Below the pieces are notes generated by a model. That model was not told the DNA's origin and ran no database searches. It saw only the letters and a list, made by a program, of their open reading frames with translations. A DNA stretch of 63,368 nt, the filler included, from Aduncisulcus paluster (taxonomy: Eukaryota), in the NCBI GenBank assembly GCA_024181965.1. It is 6 parts of 6 records of this genome, joined end to end, with 100 filler letters (N's around TTAATTAATTAA, not from the genome) between each part and the next. Parts side by side here need not be neighbours in the genome. Positions count along the whole stretch, not along the records: positions 12,306 to 33,917 come from BQXS01009989.1; positions 34,018 to 41,336 come from BQXS01009990.1; positions 41,437 to 48,487 come from BQXS01009992.1; 3 more parts are not named here. One strand, written 5' to 3'. Below are positions 32,576 to 42,566 of this stretch, in pieces; position 1 is the stretch's first letter; the number at the start of each line of letters is the position of its first letter. The translations under genes were made by a program, and so were the position numbers.

Positions 32576-33917
32576 ATGGGTATGTAATCTATTATGCATT
32601 TATTATTATTTTACCCTCATTTTACCTTCTATCTTATGTTTGCCCATTTTTCTATTTTCCAAGACAAAGCTGGCGATATTGTTTCAAATTTCGAACGTTT
32701 ATTTGATTATTATGAACAAGAACGTAGTCATCAGAGATCTCAGGTTCATGCAAGAGGTGATTCCACATATAAGAAACATATTCCATTTGACGAAGATATG
32801 GCTGGATTTGGAATGGAAGCAGCACTTATTCGAGGAGTTCCATGGATGGAACGTGCATTAGCTCGAACTGTTGAACGATGGAATAGTATTCGGCATATTA
32901 TTGGAGATGATGAAACCAAATCGTCCTCTGAGTCTGTAGAATTGCACTCTACTTGTTCTCAAGATGTTATTGATAAATCTTGTGATGAGCTTTTATCTAA
33001 TACTAGTCAATTATCATTCATATTGAACCAGTCACAAATTTCTAAATCTGAGTTAGCCTCTTTGTCTTCTAAAAGTGATTATGATCAGCTTTTCGAAAAA
33101 TCATCTTCTATTTTACATGACCAATCCACATTTGACTCCATTGATCTCCTTTCTCTTCGATCCACATATCCCGATCAATCTCTTCCATCAACCACCGCCC
33201 AGAGTGACCTCCCTTCTCATTTATATAATCCTCAGAGTCTTCCCCACCCTCTGTCTCTCCCATTAAACCTTTTCTCAGACCCATCTTTCCCTCTTCCGAA
33301 CCTCTCAGAAGGTGTAGCCGCTCAGCTATGTTCAGATCCCCGTTTTGAGAGTGACCCTCGGCATTTGACACCTTCATTCAAGAACAAACAGCATATATTA
33401 TCCCTTATTTCAGCTCCATCGGACTCATACTCACAGAAAGATTACATTTTAATCTGGCGTTTTCGATACTATATCTCTCTCCATACTCCTCCTCAATCCC
33501 TCCTGCTCTTCCTTCGCTCTGTGCCATCGTGGACAAAACCAGCCGTTGTAGCAGAGGCAAAGAAGGTAGTCTCACACTGGAGACGACTTCCTTCAATCTC
33601 GTGGCTCCTTGAGTTGCTTGGACTCGAGTGGATGAAGAAAATTGGACATGGGTTGAACATAAGCACTGATAGGAAAGACCAAAAGACTGCACAAGGCTGG
33701 AATAAGACACAAAACAAAGATGATGTCACGACATCAGCAAGAAGTATTATATCGACCACTTCAGATTCTGAACAACCCCAGCCTGCATCGACATTGCCTT
33801 CCTCTTCCTCTGCTTCTTCTTCCTCTTCTTCTTCCTCTTCCTCTACTCCTTCGACAAGATGGGTGATGTACCTTGTCCTGTTTGCCCTTGAACACTGCCG
33901 AGACTCTGAACTAAGTT
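32576..33917 (+). CDS. VPS34: Class III PI3-kinase (Vps34)-like, 3' truncated; predicted intron 32580-32663
   Basis: LIWRFRYYI...LLLFLRSVPSW...EAKKVVSHW...LLELLG matches the Vps34 helical domain, and VPWMER resembles WLDR. A GTATGT...TTTTCCAAG intron gives ATG-G|AC-AAA (MDKAG...). Confidence 0.7.
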
Positions 33918-34017
33918 NNNNNNNNNNNNNNNNNNNNNNNNNNNNNNNNNNNNNNNNNNNNTTAATTAATTAANNNNNNNNNNNNNNNNNNNNNNNNNNN
34001 NNNNNNNNNNNNNNNNN
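33918..34017. other. Artificial scaffold spacer
   Basis: N44-TTAATTAATTAA-N44. Confidence 0.98.
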
Positions 34018-34198
34018 TCCTCTGAAGTACACAATACATTGAATAAGAACACAGAGCATGACAGAATTGCTTCTGAAACGAGAGGAGATATTCCAATCAT
34101 GTTTCCATGGATTCGATGGTCCCTTTCTTCCTCACACCCATCCACATCTTCTTCTACTGCCGTTTTCCCCATATCATCTTTGTGATCAATTGAATTCG

Positions 34199-34229
<31 letters not shown>

Positions 34230-35732
34230 TTCGTCTTCATCTTTCTCTTCCTCATCACTATTTTTTTCACAGACACCAATTTCTTCTTCTTTTCCTTTGG
34301 TAGTTGGATCATTCCCCGTTGTTCCGGCATTCTTTGGAATTGATCCGTCCATTGAATTCATTCTAAGGAGTTCAGATATAATATCCTCCTCTGAAGTACA
34401 CAATACATTGAATAAGAACACAGAGCATGACAGAATTGCTTCTGAAACGAGAGGAGATATTCCAATCATGTTTCCATGGATTCGATGGTCCCTTTCTTCC
34501 TCACACCCATCCACATCTTCTTCTACTGCCGTTTTCCCCATATCATCTTTGTGATCAATTGAATTCGCTTCCTCTTCTTCTTCTTTCTCTTCTTCTTCTT
34601 TCTGACCAAATGTAGTATTTGAATATTTTGGAGGGGATGATTTCCAATCATAGTGCAGTGTACAGATCTTATTGACACAGTCGCAGATATCAGCTATTCC
34701 AATTCCAACACATCCTGATAAAACGAGAGATAACAAGATAAAGGCACAAACCAACACATTGTCGCGTCGTATAATGAGACTGAGGGATGGTTTGCCGGAG
34801 AACTCGGAGAGATGTCTTGAATCCTTCATTGTAGCCAAGAATATATCGCTCAGAACGCCAAGAAATGATTCCTTGAAGGGAACATCGGAATGAGGGTCAA
34901 CGAAAGGAATGGAATGATACTTTCGGCCAATTCTAAGGCGTTTCAAAGCCCGTCCATATCGTAGATATACTATATATTCCCAGAGAAGAGGAGTAGTACG
35001 GGGATCTGGATGTTTACATGCAATAAACGGACTAATATTTCTGAAAGCATCCTCATTATCTTTCATTTCAGAGAGAGTGGATACGTGGGACAGGAAAGAA
35101 AACCACTGATGATGAAAGGAAATATATCTGGAAATAAGAGTTCGTAATATCGGGAAAAAGAGCAAAACTGAGTGTTTATAGTTTGGAGGAAGGATATTTT
35201 GATATGTTGAAATTAAATTCTCCTCTTTATCACCAATCTCCATCATTTTTAAAATCTCTTCTCCACTTTTCCGGACGAAATCAATAAAAACTGCCAAATC
35301 GTCTGTATATGAAGTGATAAATGAACGTTCAATCAAATATGGGGTCTTTAGTAGAGCAAACTTCTCCCATATTCGACCAAATTCTTTGAAACTATGTTTT
35401 TGAGCTGGAATTCCTGAGAGGGTCTGTTTCTGTGTGGCAAGATCAGATAACAATTGCGTTTGTTCTCCCTTTTTTTGCGACGAAATAATGGTTCCTTTAT
35501 CTTGACTGAGAGCGACTACATTCTCAGACACGAAGACACTTTGTGATGCTCCAAGCTGCACACCACAGTTTTTACACACTAAATTCATTCCATCATCCAT
35601 AATATCATTAGATCCACAGTGAGGACACTTATCATTCTGAGATTGAATGCTCTGGGATGGATTGGTTGTTTTCGCTTCTAATTCGCTTTTTTTAACGGAT
35701 GTTAAAAATAAATTGGAAAGATCACCAAACAT
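34018..35732 (-). CDS. TFIIB-type zinc-ribbon protein (Rrn7/TAF1B/Brf-like), 3' truncated
   Basis: CPHCGS...LVCKNCG ribbon near the N-terminus; LVCAFILLSL......IADIC resembles a cyclin-fold helix pair; acidic internal repeat. Confidence 0.55.
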
Positions 35733-35808
35733 ATTGATAATTACATAAAGCTAAAAACAATCGTCACCACCAAACAGAACAAAACAACTGATTCCGTTTT
35801 GTCTCAAC

Positions 35809-37548
35809 ATGAGCATGAAAAGGAGAACCTCTGAGAGAGAATATGATGGATATCAATATGGTACGCAAGAGGATTATGGAGGTGTGAAGAAAACAACTGC
35901 TGATATCAGAGAACCAGCTAGGAAATATCGATTGACCAGTGAAGTTCCTGAAAAGGAAGCTTTACTCGAAGATCTTGAAGAAGATTTCAAGGAACATCGT
36001 ATTAAACCAGTTATCAATCTCGCAATTCCCATGGAAAGGAAGGATGCTCTCTTATTTCCTAATTTCTTACCAGCATCAAGAATTAAGATGATTTTTGATT
36101 GTAAAAATCGTATTGATGAAGTGTTTGATTCTAAAAAGGCCGATGCCTATTATTATGCTCGTAATTATTTGTTTCCTGCTGAGAGAGGTGTTAAGGGAAT
36201 TTATAGGAATGATCAAAAGCTTAATGAATTGAATGACGCCACTCAAGGGGCTTTACTTGCACCATTGAGGACATCTTCCGTAACTAATCCAATGGTGGGC
36301 GATCTTTCAGCGTCCTCATCCAAACCTGGATACTCCCTTATTGCTGCTGGTATTTGGGAGAAATATCTTCTATCCCAATATCCTACGGCTTCTACAATTT
36401 ATAAAAGTGAGTATCCACCAGCTCCCAATGCTTGTGTTGACGCTTTAATCACATTCCAGAAAGAATATAATTCCAAGAAGTCGGGACAGGCTATTTTGCC
36501 AGATGATCAACTTTTCCAAGACTGCCAAATGCTTTGTGAGCGCCTTGGAGAGCGTAAGGCTGATGTTGTTCTGTGTGACTATGGTGTCCGCCATCTCTTG
36601 GATCTTGAACGACGTCACCTTGAGAATTATCAAGAACTTTTCAACTGTTGGGCTCTCCTTTCTCAAATGTGTGTTGGTCTGTGTCATTTAAAGAAAGATG
36701 GTAATTTGTGTGTGCGGATTTTCGATACCCTTACCCATACGACTGCTGAGATCCTCTACATTTCAACCGTATTGTTCAAAGAAGTGTTCATTATCAAGCC
36801 AAACCAGTCAAGAAGGATCAATTCAGAGAAGTATCTAGTGTGTCTTGGCCTTAAGGAAGAAGTGTGGGCAACCTACGAGAAGTATTTGGAGGAAAAAGAG
36901 AAGCGTCTGGCTCTTAAGAAATCTGAGGAGGAAGAGAAACCAAGTTGTATTGAAGGAGATGCCGATGAAGAGAAGGAATCTCAGGAAGAGAAGGAATCTC
37001 AGGAAGAGAAAGAGGAAGGAGAGAAAGAAGAGGAGGCTGATTCCACTGAGAAGGACATTCTTATGTACAACATGATGCTATTCTCCATGCTACGCGCTGT
37101 CAATGAGAATTTCAAGCCTGGAAGAGGCAAGAAGGGACAAGAAGAGGTGAAGGAAGAGGAAGAGGAAGAGGAAGAAGAAGAGGAAGAATCTGGTGAGGAT
37201 GTGCATGACGCAGAGGCTACAAAGCTCAAACAGGTCCAAGCTTCCCTGGAGAAAGATGAGAAACTCCCGAATGCTCTTGAAGGTTGTCAGACATCTCATA
37301 TTCCCCAATCGATCCTTCCCCATACGCATATATACCGTTCAGACTCCTCTTTCCTCTCCTCTCTTCAAGAAATGATTGAAGGGAGCAACGAGGAACAGAT
37401 AGCTGCCCTCACACTGCTCATGGATGAAGTAGATAGAAGGATATCTTCAGGGCCTTCCAGGAGGTATGATGATCGCTCAGACAGGAGGAGAAGTGGAGGA
37501 GGATACCACCATAGAGGGAGAGGAAGAAGATATAGCGCAGGATACTAA
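35809..37548 (+). CDS. FtsJ/RrmJ-family cap 2'-O-methyltransferase-like (CMTR1-like)
   Basis: LKKDGNLCVRIFDT...FKEVFIIKPNQSRRINSEKYLVCLG is the CMTR C-terminal signature; also QKL and LCDYG. Confidence 0.8.
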   Translation: MSMKRRTSEREYDGYQYGTQEDYGGVKKTTADIREPARKYRLTSEVPEKEALLEDLEEDFKEHRIKPVINLAIPMERKDALLFPNFLPASRIKMIFDCKNRIDEVFDSKKADAYYYARNYLFPAERGVKGIYRNDQKLNELNDATQGALLAPLRTSSVTNPMVGDLSASSSKPGYSLIAAGIWEKYLLSQYPTASTIYKSEYPPAPNACVDALITFQKEYNSKKSGQAILPDDQLFQDCQMLCERLGERKADVVLCDYGVRHLLDLERRHLENYQELFNCWALLSQMCVGLCHLKKDGNLCVRIFDTLTHTTAEILYISTVLFKEVFIIKPNQSRRINSEKYLVCLGLKEEVWATYEKYLEEKEKRLALKKSEEEEKPSCIEGDADEEKESQEEKESQEEKEEGEKEEEADSTEKDILMYNMMLFSMLRAVNENFKPGRGKKGQEEVKEEEEEEEEEEEESGEDVHDAEATKLKQVQASLEKDEKLPNALEGCQTSHIPQSILPHTHIYRSDSSFLSSLQEMIEGSNEEQIAALTLLMDEVDRRISSGPSRRYDDRSDRRRSGGGYHHRGRGRRYSAGY

Positions 37549-38400
37549 GATATAGCATCGTTTATACAACGATTTACACCAGTAAATGCAACTTTAAACA
37601 TTGAAATTCGCAAACTTTCAAAAAATTTTTACTTTTTTTTTTGTAATCGCTGTAAAACGTTGTATAATCATCAAATAAAGACCAAAAATCGAGAAAAAAT
37701 CAAATTTCAATTTAAGTTAAATTTAACAATTGTTTTTGCTGATCTTTGAGCCTCAGGAGATTAAACACTGGATTTCTGTTTAAAATCAAGCAAATTAAAA
37801 TAAATATTATTTATTTATTAAATAAATTCATTTTTATCAAAAATAATTTTAAAATACTGAAACAAATTCAAATATTCATGTAAAAAAAAAGGATATGATT
37901 CCTTAGGTGGAACAGATTCCTTACACCTACACATCAGTTCTAAGCTGAAGAATAATCTCAATTTCAGCGAAAGATGTTCAAATTGCACTGTTATATTGTA
38001 TAAAAATAGTGTAAAGTACTAATTCCGTATACTTAGACTTAAGAAAAGATCATAAACACTGTTAAATATTTAAAGTTAAATTTATCAAACCTGAGGATGC
38101 ATTTATAATATGTCAAATGAAAAAAGAATTAAAAAATAATACAAATAATAAAAACAGGAGTTATGATCCGTTGAATTAGAAAAAGATAATAGATTCCATT
38201 GGGGAGAAATACTTAATATATTCATATATATGGCACTGACTATTTCATGAGACCAATAATAAGAATATATATATATATATAAGCGAATAAAGAAATAAAA
38301 TAATTCATTGACAACTTGTCAATTGACAAGTATAACTCCTCCAAAGAGTAAAATTACAATATATAGATTATAAAATCAGAAAATTGTAATAAAATAACTA

Positions 38401-40134
38401 TCAATTGTCATTATCGAAAACATAGCAAAACACAGGATCTCCACCCAGAGCAACATATCCATCGGCACTGTAATAAACATCAATGCTGTCAACGATACAT
38501 CCATGATACCCAGTGAAAATGAATCTTGTCGAGTGTTGGAAACCATAGTCCTCATTCCTATCGTTCAAACCATCAGCAAACAGAAGAACTCCAAAGAAAT
38601 GAAGCAACGAAGAAACATCTTGAACGGTTAGAGGATCTATTGAAGCATATTCGGTCGTGACAGATGTGACATCGGTGTTAGTAATCTCAAACTGGGTATA
38701 CATATCGTAAGTGTCAAACAACATTACACCAAGAGCATCATGTGACAATACAGATGAGAATATCTCGGTGTATTCGGACCATGCACACGAGGAAGAAGGA
38801 TCAGAGAGTTGATCAAGACACACATACACTTGAACATCAGCATAGAATGATGTTTCTATAGATGTCTCTGAGAAGGCTATTTTAGGCCATTCGTCAGTTC
38901 TGTGTGTATATCTTATGGCTATGTCACAATCAGAGCAGAGAGCAGAGAGACTATCAAGGGAAAAGGTTGAAAAAACACTCGAGTTAAGGAAATATGAAGG
39001 CAAATCAGCTGGCATTGAATCAGGAGTAAATCTATAAGAATATGGGACATTAAGTTCATCTGAGGGAGTGTCTGGGTGCTTTTTTTGGTCAAAATCACTC
39101 TGTTGACGAAGAACAATTGTGTCATAATAAATTGATTCAAGGGTTTCTGCCGCTACAATAAGTTGGATAGGGGAATCCATAACAATGTCGGGAATCACAA
39201 TGTGTGGTAACACGTCATATGGCGGATGAGATGCTGTTGCTTGAGCCTCAATGTTGTCTGCATTGGTGGTGTATCCGAAATGAGGCAATGTCATATAAGA
39301 AGCTGTCACAGATATTTGATTTGACATAACAATGACTTGCATTGTAAAATCATCAGTGCACCTCTCACTCATTCCCCCATTAACTCGCCCGAAGAGATCG
39401 TTGATAATACCATTCAGAAGAGAAGTGAGGGTGGAAGACATCAATGAAGAGAGGGGAGTCGAAAGAGCAGCAAGAATGGTGTTAAGAACGGCTGAAGAAT
39501 CACCAGAAAATGATATAGAGAGGTTGTAGATGCTGATATCAAGATCGTTACAATAGAGAGTGATGGTAACAGGACGAACATCAATATTCATGGCCATTTG
39601 GACCTTCGCCGAAATATCAATATCAGTAGAAATCACCAATATTCCACTAAATTCTGAATATGGGAAAGTTATCATCTTGGCACTGAAATCAGTGGTCATT
39701 CGAATATAGAGCTTATTAAAGCGGACATCAAAACCAAAGTCGCTGATCAAAAATGTGTCTGATTTATCGGCAGATACATTGGTAATATCAAAATTTTTGA
39801 GAGAAACTTGGACAGATCCAATGCCGGCATCAACAGAAAATTGTTGGTTAGGAATAACAGTATTCATTAAAATATCTTCTAATTCCGGAACTAAACCACC
39901 CTGTCCATCAACTCCATCAGCCAATATTTGTACGGCATCCTGGGTAAAAACAAGATTAACTCCAGAGAAAGGATCCCACTCTATTTCATCTTTCGCACAA
40001 GGTGCCCCTGGTGGAGGAATTGGATATCCATGGGTCTGTACAACCAAAATGAAAAAGAATATGAGAAGAGATAGTAGTTGGATGAAATTCGACCGAAGCG
40101 AGAGAAATATAAAACTATATGAAGTAGAAAGCAT
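38401..40134 (-). CDS. BPI/LBP (TULIP) family secreted lipid-binding protein
   Basis: Signal-like N-terminus; GVNLVFTQDAV...L...IP......G.V.V.L.NF.IT pattern of the BPI N-domain; two-domain length. Confidence 0.75.
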   Translation of the reverse strand: MLSTSYSFIFLSLRSNFIQLLSLLIFFFILVVQTHGYPIPPPGAPCAKDEIEWDPFSGVNLVFTQDAVQILADGVDGQGGLVPELEDILMNTVIPNQQFSVDAGIGSVQVSLKNFDITNVSADKSDTFLISDFGFDVRFNKLYIRMTTDFSAKMITFPYSEFSGILVISTDIDISAKVQMAMNIDVRPVTITLYCNDLDISIYNLSISFSGDSSAVLNTILAALSTPLSSLMSSTLTSLLNGIINDLFGRVNGGMSERCTDDFTMQVIVMSNQISVTASYMTLPHFGYTTNADNIEAQATASHPPYDVLPHIVIPDIVMDSPIQLIVAAETLESIYYDTIVLRQQSDFDQKKHPDTPSDELNVPYSYRFTPDSMPADLPSYFLNSSVFSTFSLDSLSALCSDCDIAIRYTHRTDEWPKIAFSETSIETSFYADVQVYVCLDQLSDPSSSCAWSEYTEIFSSVLSHDALGVMLFDTYDMYTQFEITNTDVTSVTTEYASIDPLTVQDVSSLLHFFGVLLFADGLNDRNEDYGFQHSTRFIFTGYHGCIVDSIDVYYSADGYVALGGDPVFCYVFDNDN

Positions 40135-40189
40135 TATTACTTCAAACCCCTTTTGTTTCTATAAAATACAATAAACAAAAGGAATCATG

Positions 40190-40310
40190 AAATGGCGCAA
40201 TGATGATGATCATTGCGTGCCCGTGGGCAATCAAAATTGAGCACATCAATCTTGTTGTGCTATGTTCATAGTTTAGAAAGTATTTACATTGGTTGATAAT
40301 TTGTATCACT
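40190..40310 (-). ncRNA. Candidate structured RNA with Sm-like site
   Basis: Five adjacent hairpins with AAUUUUGA lying unpaired between two of them. Confidence 0.3.
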
Positions 40311-40593
40311 ATTTATATTATATATATATATTAAATAACGCTCTATTTTTCTCCTAGCGGAGTTTGGATTCCAAACTTTGGAAGATAGTTGGACATGGGT
40401 GTAGGCGATATATATTAAATTGTTAGTGATTGTCCTATTTGGTGAGCTAGAGAGCAAACTTTGTAAATTCACAGATTCTGCAATAAAAAATGTTCCTGTT
40501 GAACTTTTCATAAAATAGGAATAACAAAAATATAATAATATTAAAATTTATTGATTCAAAGAAGTTCACGAATAATTGATTTCTCATTCGATT

Positions 40594-41336
40594 TCACTCG
40601 TCCTCTTCCTCCCCTACGGTCACTTCTTTGTCGTCGTCAGAGCTCTGAGACTCGGATGGACCTTGCTCTTCAGCAGATGCCGTGTGAATGCAAGATGGTG
40701 TTTCGGAGGAGACATTCTCAGCAGCGGGGGTGGTGGATGCAGGCTCACCATTCTTGGGGGCTGAGGGACGAGACCGCATGGAGTGGGCGAAAGGAAACAT
40801 GCCAGCACCGGAGAACAAGGAATCCATCAGAGACGACATCTGAGAGAAGGATTCGCGGAAGGAGTGGAACAAGTCAAGGGGGTCGGAATGAGAGTTGGAC
40901 TTGGATTCTGTGGAATCGACGGACGTAGTATGATCAGGAACAATCTTCTTCTCGGAGGCTGTCTCAGCAGAGGGTGTCTCAGCAGAGGGGGTGGTGGATG
41001 CAGGCTCACCATTCTTGGGGGCTGAGGGACGAGACCGCATGGAGTGGGCGAAAGGAAACATGCCAGCACCGGAGAACAAGGAATCCATCAGAGACGACAT
41101 CTGAGAGAAGGATTCGCGGAAGGAGTGGAACAAGTCAAGGGGGTCGGAATGAGAGTTGGACTTGGATTCTGTGGAATCGACGGACGTAGTATGATCAGGA
41201 ACAATCTTCTTCTCGGAGGCTGTCTCAGCAGAGGGTGTCTCAGCAGAGGGTGTCTCAGTAGATGGGACTTCCTCAGAAGCGGGCAAAGGCTTTGGCAGGA
41301 CATCGGGACAAGACGCTGTCGAGGAGGAAGGGAGAG
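40594..41336 (-). CDS. C-terminal part of a Ser/Glu/Pro-rich protein with an 87-aa tandem repeat
   Basis: Frame is open from the scaffold edge to the stop at 40594; GC-rich coding-like sequence. Confidence 0.7.
40716..41250. repeat. 261-bp tandem duplication bounded by 15-bp minisatellite units
   Basis: Near-identical copies at offset 261; GTCTCAGCAGAGGGT units (TPSAE) at the junctions. Confidence 0.9.
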
Positions 41337-41436
41337 NNNNNNNNNNNNNNNNNNNNNNNNNNNNNNNNNNNNNNNNNNNNTTAATTAATTAANNNNNNNN
41401 NNNNNNNNNNNNNNNNNNNNNNNNNNNNNNNNNNNN
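41337..41436. other. Artificial scaffold spacer
   Basis: N44-TTAATTAATTAA-N44. Confidence 0.98.
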
Positions 41437-42323
41437 ATTACAGAAAAGCTACACTAATTTTATTTGGAATAAAATATTCAATTTTATTTCAAGGTTTGGA
41501 GTTACATAAAGATTTGAAAATATGCACACTCCAACATTGTTAATGGTATTCAAATGGCGATATTGATGCAAAGTCTATAAATTAAACATGAGTGTCATGT
41601 GAGAAACTCTCACAAACTTACACGCATAATCAATTGTTTCATTTTATTTCTTAGAGTCCAAGAATTGCTCATGACAGGCACCGCAGTAGAAGTGGGTCTT
41701 ATGCTCAGCAAGGAAAATACCGGCTCCACAGCGAGGACACTCGCGATTGATACGTTTAACAGTGTCACCATCGACCTTATAGTATTTAAGAACCCTAAGC
41801 TTGATCTTCCTCTTGGAAAGATCTCTCTTCTGCTTCTTTGGTCCAGTCTTGGTCTTCTTCTTGCGCTTCTTCTTACCTCCACGGAGACGGAGAACAAGGT
41901 GAAGAGTGGAATCCTTCATGATGTTGTAGTCTCCAAGAGTACGACCCTCATCAAGCTGTTTACCAGCGAAGATAAGACGCTGTTGTTCAGGAGGGATTCC
42001 TTCCTTCTCTTGGATCTTGGCTTTGACAGAGTCAATAGAATCAGATTGATCGACATCAAGAGTGATGGTCTTTCCAGTCAAGGTACGGACAAAGATCTAG
42101 GAAAAAATATGGGGTTAAAAGATGCGCAACAACAGGGCGATACCATAATCGATAATGTTATAAAATAAAAAGATGATATAAATAACGAATCCATGAAGAT
42201 GAAATGATTGAGTGGAAATCATGAATATAGATGAATATAAAGGGAACGAATATCAATTAAATCAACAAATTATGTGGAAAAAAACACATACCTGCATCCT
42301 CTTTAACTGATAAGCGAAAAAAA
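41437..42323. repeat. Left arm of an 887-bp or longer inverted repeat
   Basis: Reverse complement of 47576-48462. Confidence 0.95.
41644..42297 (-). CDS. RPS27A: Ubiquitin-ribosomal protein S27a fusion, 152 aa; exons 42297-42292 and 42096-41644
   Basis: [11 protein letters not shown]...[13 protein letters not shown]...C2C2 finger; 195-nt GTATGT...TTTTAAC...CCTAG intron. Confidence 0.97.
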
Positions 42324-42566
42324 TTCTGGATTACTAATCCTGACATTCTCAACTCGGCACTGCAAGAAGTGAGTTATAAAGTATATCTGTGAACTTTTTA
42401 ATAAAATTTAATGATAAACGAATGAAAGAATCTTATTTTTTTGGAATGTACCATTAATTTCGCCATGAACAATATATGAAATTGAAATTGGTTGTTTCAG
42501 GAGAGCAAGTTCATTGTTCTTGATCACGAGGAGTTAATTTTTCATTTTGGAACATAAAAAAAAACA

